Origin: Fimbriimonadia bacterium
Lineage (GTDB): Bacteria; Armatimonadota; Fimbriimonadia; Fimbriimonadales; JABRVX01
Reading direction: 5' to 3'
Length of the DNA stretch: 64,000 nucleotides
Assembly (NCBI GenBank): GCA_041483895.1
Contig: JBGPGO010000003.1
Coordinates: 1-64,000 of the forward strand
Each line of letters starts with the position of its first letter. Positions within the stretch are counted from its first letter, which is position 1. The notes beneath the pieces are model-generated. The model was not told the origin of the DNA, ran no database searches, and saw only the letters and a program-made list of their open reading frames with translations. The translations under genes and the position numbers were made by a program. Of the stretch, positions 61,291 to 64,000 are shown piece by piece.

Positions 61291-62898
61291 ATGAAGTGGA
61301 ATCTCGGCACGAAGTCGACGGTTTTCGTCGTCACGGTGGTGGCTTTGGGGGGTATTTTCCTGGGGTTCGCCCAGGAACCAAGCAAGGAAAAACCTGCCTC
61401 GGCGAAGCCGATCGGCAGCGACGAACCCGGATTCTGCCTTTCCTGCCACGGCGGCGAGGGCTTCGTCATCGCTACGCCGGATGGCGGAACTAAGTCCCTT
61501 TTCGTCGACGGCCGCAAGTATGCGAACAGCGTCCATCGGGAGCTTGGCTGCATCGATTGCCACGCGGGAGCGGAGAAGGTGCCGCATGTACGCTCTGAGA
61601 TCACTCCCGCCTCCTGCGCCGATTGCCATTCCGATGAAAAGGAGCAGTTCGACCAGAGCATTCACGCTCCCAAAGATGGCGAGAGCCCGGCGCTCACCGC
61701 CCTCCGACCCACCTGCATCTCCTGCCACGAAGGTAACCCCCACGCAGTTGTAAGAGCCGCGAACAAGTCGAGGGACGTCAAGCTGAACGCTTGCTACGCC
61801 TGCCATTCCGACGGCAAGCGGATGAAGCCATTCGGCGTCACCACGGTAGCCGCCTATTCGTACAAGCGGAGCTTCCACGGGAAAGCCCACTTTTATGGCT
61901 CCAACGCTACAGCGGTTTGCAATGACTGCCACGGCAACCACGCCGTGCTTGCCGCGAAAGATCCGAGGTCCAAGGTCAGTCCGGCGAACGCCGCGAAGAC
62001 CTGCGGCAAATGCCACGCGGGCGCCGCTCCGGCCTTCGCGATGTCCGGCGTCAGCCATTTGGATTTGAAGATTCAAGAGTCACCTATGCTTCAGGTTGAG
62101 CTCGGGTTCTTCCGGATACTGCTTTGGTCGGTCCTGGCGATCCTGTTCTTATCAGTCCTCCTCGACGTTCGTGTCGGCTTCCGGTTGACCTACAAGCGAT
62201 GGAGAAAATCCCTGGTTGAGTTCGAACCGAAGCCGGAAGAGGCGACCTATCGCTGGTATACGCCGTGGCAGCAGATACAACACTGGATTTTTGCCGCCGC
62301 GTTCATCCTGCTCGTTGCGACGGGTTTGCCCCTGCGCTTTCCCGAAATCGGCTGGTTGAACCGCCTCATGGAGCTATTCGGGGGCTTGAACACCTCGCGG
62401 CTGATCCACCGCATATCGGCAGTCGTATTGAGCGCGATGTTCCTGTCACATTTCATATGGCTGCTCTGGGCATGGCGCAAAATCAACTACTCTGTCAAGC
62501 GCATCCCCATGATGCCCACGAAGCGTGACTGGCAGGACTTCAAAGAAATGATGGGCTTCTACTTCGGGAAACGCAACAGCCCGCCGACGTTTGGACGTTT
62601 CAGCTTCCGGGCCAAATTCGGCTATCTGGTCGAGTATTGGGGAGTCCCGGTCATGCTGCTCTCCGGGTTGGTCTTGGCCTTCCCGGTCCAGATTGGCAAC
62701 CACCTTGGCGATCTCGGCGTATCGTTCGCTTACATTGCCCACGGGTACGAGGCCACGCTAGCGGCTGGGTCTATCCTTGTTTGGCACATCTATACCACGA
62801 TGTTCAGCCCCGTATACGCTCCGATGGCCGGCAAGATGATCCGCGGCCGCATTACCGAAGAGGAGCTGCGGCGTGAGCACGGCGACCTTCAGGTCTAG
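61291..62898 (+). CDS. Multiheme cytochrome c (7 CxxCH) fused to a membrane di-heme cytochrome b domain (CbcL-like)
   Basis: CLSCH, CIDCH, CADCH, CISCH, CYACH, CNDCH, CGKCH; QIQHW..TGLP, IHR, AHGYEA..WHIY. Confidence 0.9.
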   Translation: MKWNLGTKSTVFVVTVVALGGIFLGFAQEPSKEKPASAKPIGSDEPGFCLSCHGGEGFVIATPDGGTKSLFVDGRKYANSVHRELGCIDCHAGAEKVPHVRSEITPASCADCHSDEKEQFDQSIHAPKDGESPALTALRPTCISCHEGNPHAVVRAANKSRDVKLNACYACHSDGKRMKPFGVTTVAAYSYKRSFHGKAHFYGSNATAVCNDCHGNHAVLAAKDPRSKVSPANAAKTCGKCHAGAAPAFAMSGVSHLDLKIQESPMLQVELGFFRILLWSVLAILFLSVLLDVRVGFRLTYKRWRKSLVEFEPKPEEATYRWYTPWQQIQHWIFAAAFILLVATGLPLRFPEIGWLNRLMELFGGLNTSRLIHRISAVVLSAMFLSHFIWLLWAWRKINYSVKRIPMMPTKRDWQDFKEMMGFYFGKRNSPPTFGRFSFRAKFGYLVEYWGVPVMLLSGLVLAFPVQIGNHLGDLGVSFAYIAHGYEATLAAGSILVWHIYTTMFSPVYAPMAGKMIRGRITEEELRREHGDLQV

Positions 62899-62901
62899 CG
62901 G

Positions 62902-64000
62902 CTAGCGCGGACGCGCGGCGGCGCCTTCGATCGTCTGCGGCTCGCTGTGGCACAGCTCGCAGTCGTCCGAAAGCGTCTCGCCCTTCTTCGGACCCGACAT
63001 CGCGACGAGCGCCCCATGACAACGCAAGCATCCATCGTGGGTCTTCAGATCCGCCTGCATGTCCGGATAGACCTTCATGGCGGGGAATGCCGTGCCCAGG
63101 AACAGTTGCACGAGCGTGGCGGTGGCGTTCTTCACATCCGTGGCGCGTGCTTTGTAGATGTCTGGGTATCTGGCCTGGTACTCCTTCGGTATTTCGTTCA
63201 GCTTGGCCAAGATCGACCTCTGCTCCGCGAACGAGATCGGCTTCTCGATCTTCGGCACGGCCTCCATTGCGAGCTTCTTCGTCCATGGCAGGTCCAGCTT
63301 CAGATCTCCGCGAGTCAGGGCGTCATCCACAAGCTTGTCGAACGAGTCGAATCGATGGGCGGAACGGTTGTGGCAGTCCACGCAGTCCATCAAACGCGTC
63401 CCCTTCATATTCGGTCCGGCGTTGGCGGGCAGGGTCGTGCCCTCCGGCGCCCAAGTCACAACATCGCCGTTGGGCCGCCGTTCGTACAGCCAGCTCATCT
63501 CCATCCGTTTTGGATCCTTCGCCGCGTACCATATCTGCTTTGCCACATGGCTGTGAATGCCGGTGGACTCGGCGGCGTGATGGCCGACGTGCAGCATGAG
63601 ACGCGTGAGCTCCGGGGTGTTCGCCTCGTCCTCCGCGTATGTATAGATCAGCTGCGTTCGATCGCCGTAAAAGCGGTTGGGCCAATGGCAGACTTCGCAT
63701 ACTTCCCGGGCGGGTCGGAGGTCCTTCACTGGAGAGGCAATCGGCCGCTCGTATGTATTTGTCAGAGTGTGGATTGTCTGGCGTAGACCTGTAAATTTCT
63801 GTCGGAGAAGCCAGGGCAATCCTGGTCCGATGTGGCAGTCGACGCAAGGTACGCGGGCATGGGGAGAGCGAAGGTAAGCTGTATATTCCGGCTGCATGAC
63901 CGTGTGGCAGGTTTCCCCGCAAAAGGCGGCGCTCTCCATGTGATGGTTCCCTTTGTACGCCGCCGTTGCCATGATCGCGCCGAACAGCATCGTCCAACCG
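62902..64000 (-). CDS. NapC/NirT-type multiheme cytochrome c (probably 5'-truncated by the window edge)
   Basis: FCGETCHTVM.PEY..Y..SPHARV.CVDCHIG, CEVCH, CVDCH, CLRCH, CELCH. Confidence 0.9.
   Translation of the reverse strand, partial: GWTMLFGAIMATAAYKGNHHMESAAFCGETCHTVMQPEYTAYLRSPHARVPCVDCHIGPGLPWLLRQKFTGLRQTIHTLTNTYERPIASPVKDLRPAREVCEVCHWPNRFYGDRTQLIYTYAEDEANTPELTRLMLHVGHHAAESTGIHSHVAKQIWYAAKDPKRMEMSWLYERRPNGDVVTWAPEGTTLPANAGPNMKGTRLMDCVDCHNRSAHRFDSFDKLVDDALTRGDLKLDLPWTKKLAMEAVPKIEKPISFAEQRSILAKLNEIPKEYQARYPDIYKARATDVKNATATLVQLFLGTAFPAMKVYPDMQADLKTHDGCLRCHGALVAMSGPKKGETLSDDCELCHSEPQTIEGAAARPR

Larger units (their letters stand above)
57432..61509 (+). repeat. Diverged tandem duplication, unit length 2036 bp
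   Basis: 57480/59516, 59108/61144 and 59255/61291 all differ by exactly 2036. Confidence 0.95.

Noticed and set aside
57432..61509. Diversity-generating retroelement, or an identical-repeat assembly artefact
   Set aside because: Differences are not adenine-restricted, no reverse transcriptase is present, and the copies are strongly diverged with conservative substitutions.

Overview
GC-rich bacterial chromosomal window, most consistent with Armatimonadota (inference from the FlgD-Ig/dockerin-like secreted proteins, STN-only protein and diderm-type envelope genes). It contains a stand-alone 23S-5S rRNA unit with its own sigma70 promoter and no 16S, an isolated secE-nusG-rplK-rplA operon, tRNA-Arg(CCG) and housekeeping genes (mtnP, queA, rpsA, coaE, dGTPase, rex-nadB). 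It also holds several secreted proteases, two toxin-antitoxin-like modules, at least four families of short palindromic repeats and two convergent multiheme cytochromes. The top candidate for an undescribed system is an ~18 kb operon (36.7-54.6 kb). There, three large secreted proteins share a long C-terminal module ending in P-x-V-L-T-R and are interleaved with two CsgG/FlgT-like proteins and a predicted outer-membrane beta-barrel, suggesting a C-terminal-signal surface secretion/display system analogous to T9SS. A second highlight is an exact-offset 2036-bp diverged tandem duplication (57.4-61.5 kb) that created an in-frame chimeric ORF and put a paralogue behind the cytochrome gene's upstream region. 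All product calls are from motif recognition by eye; no searches were run.
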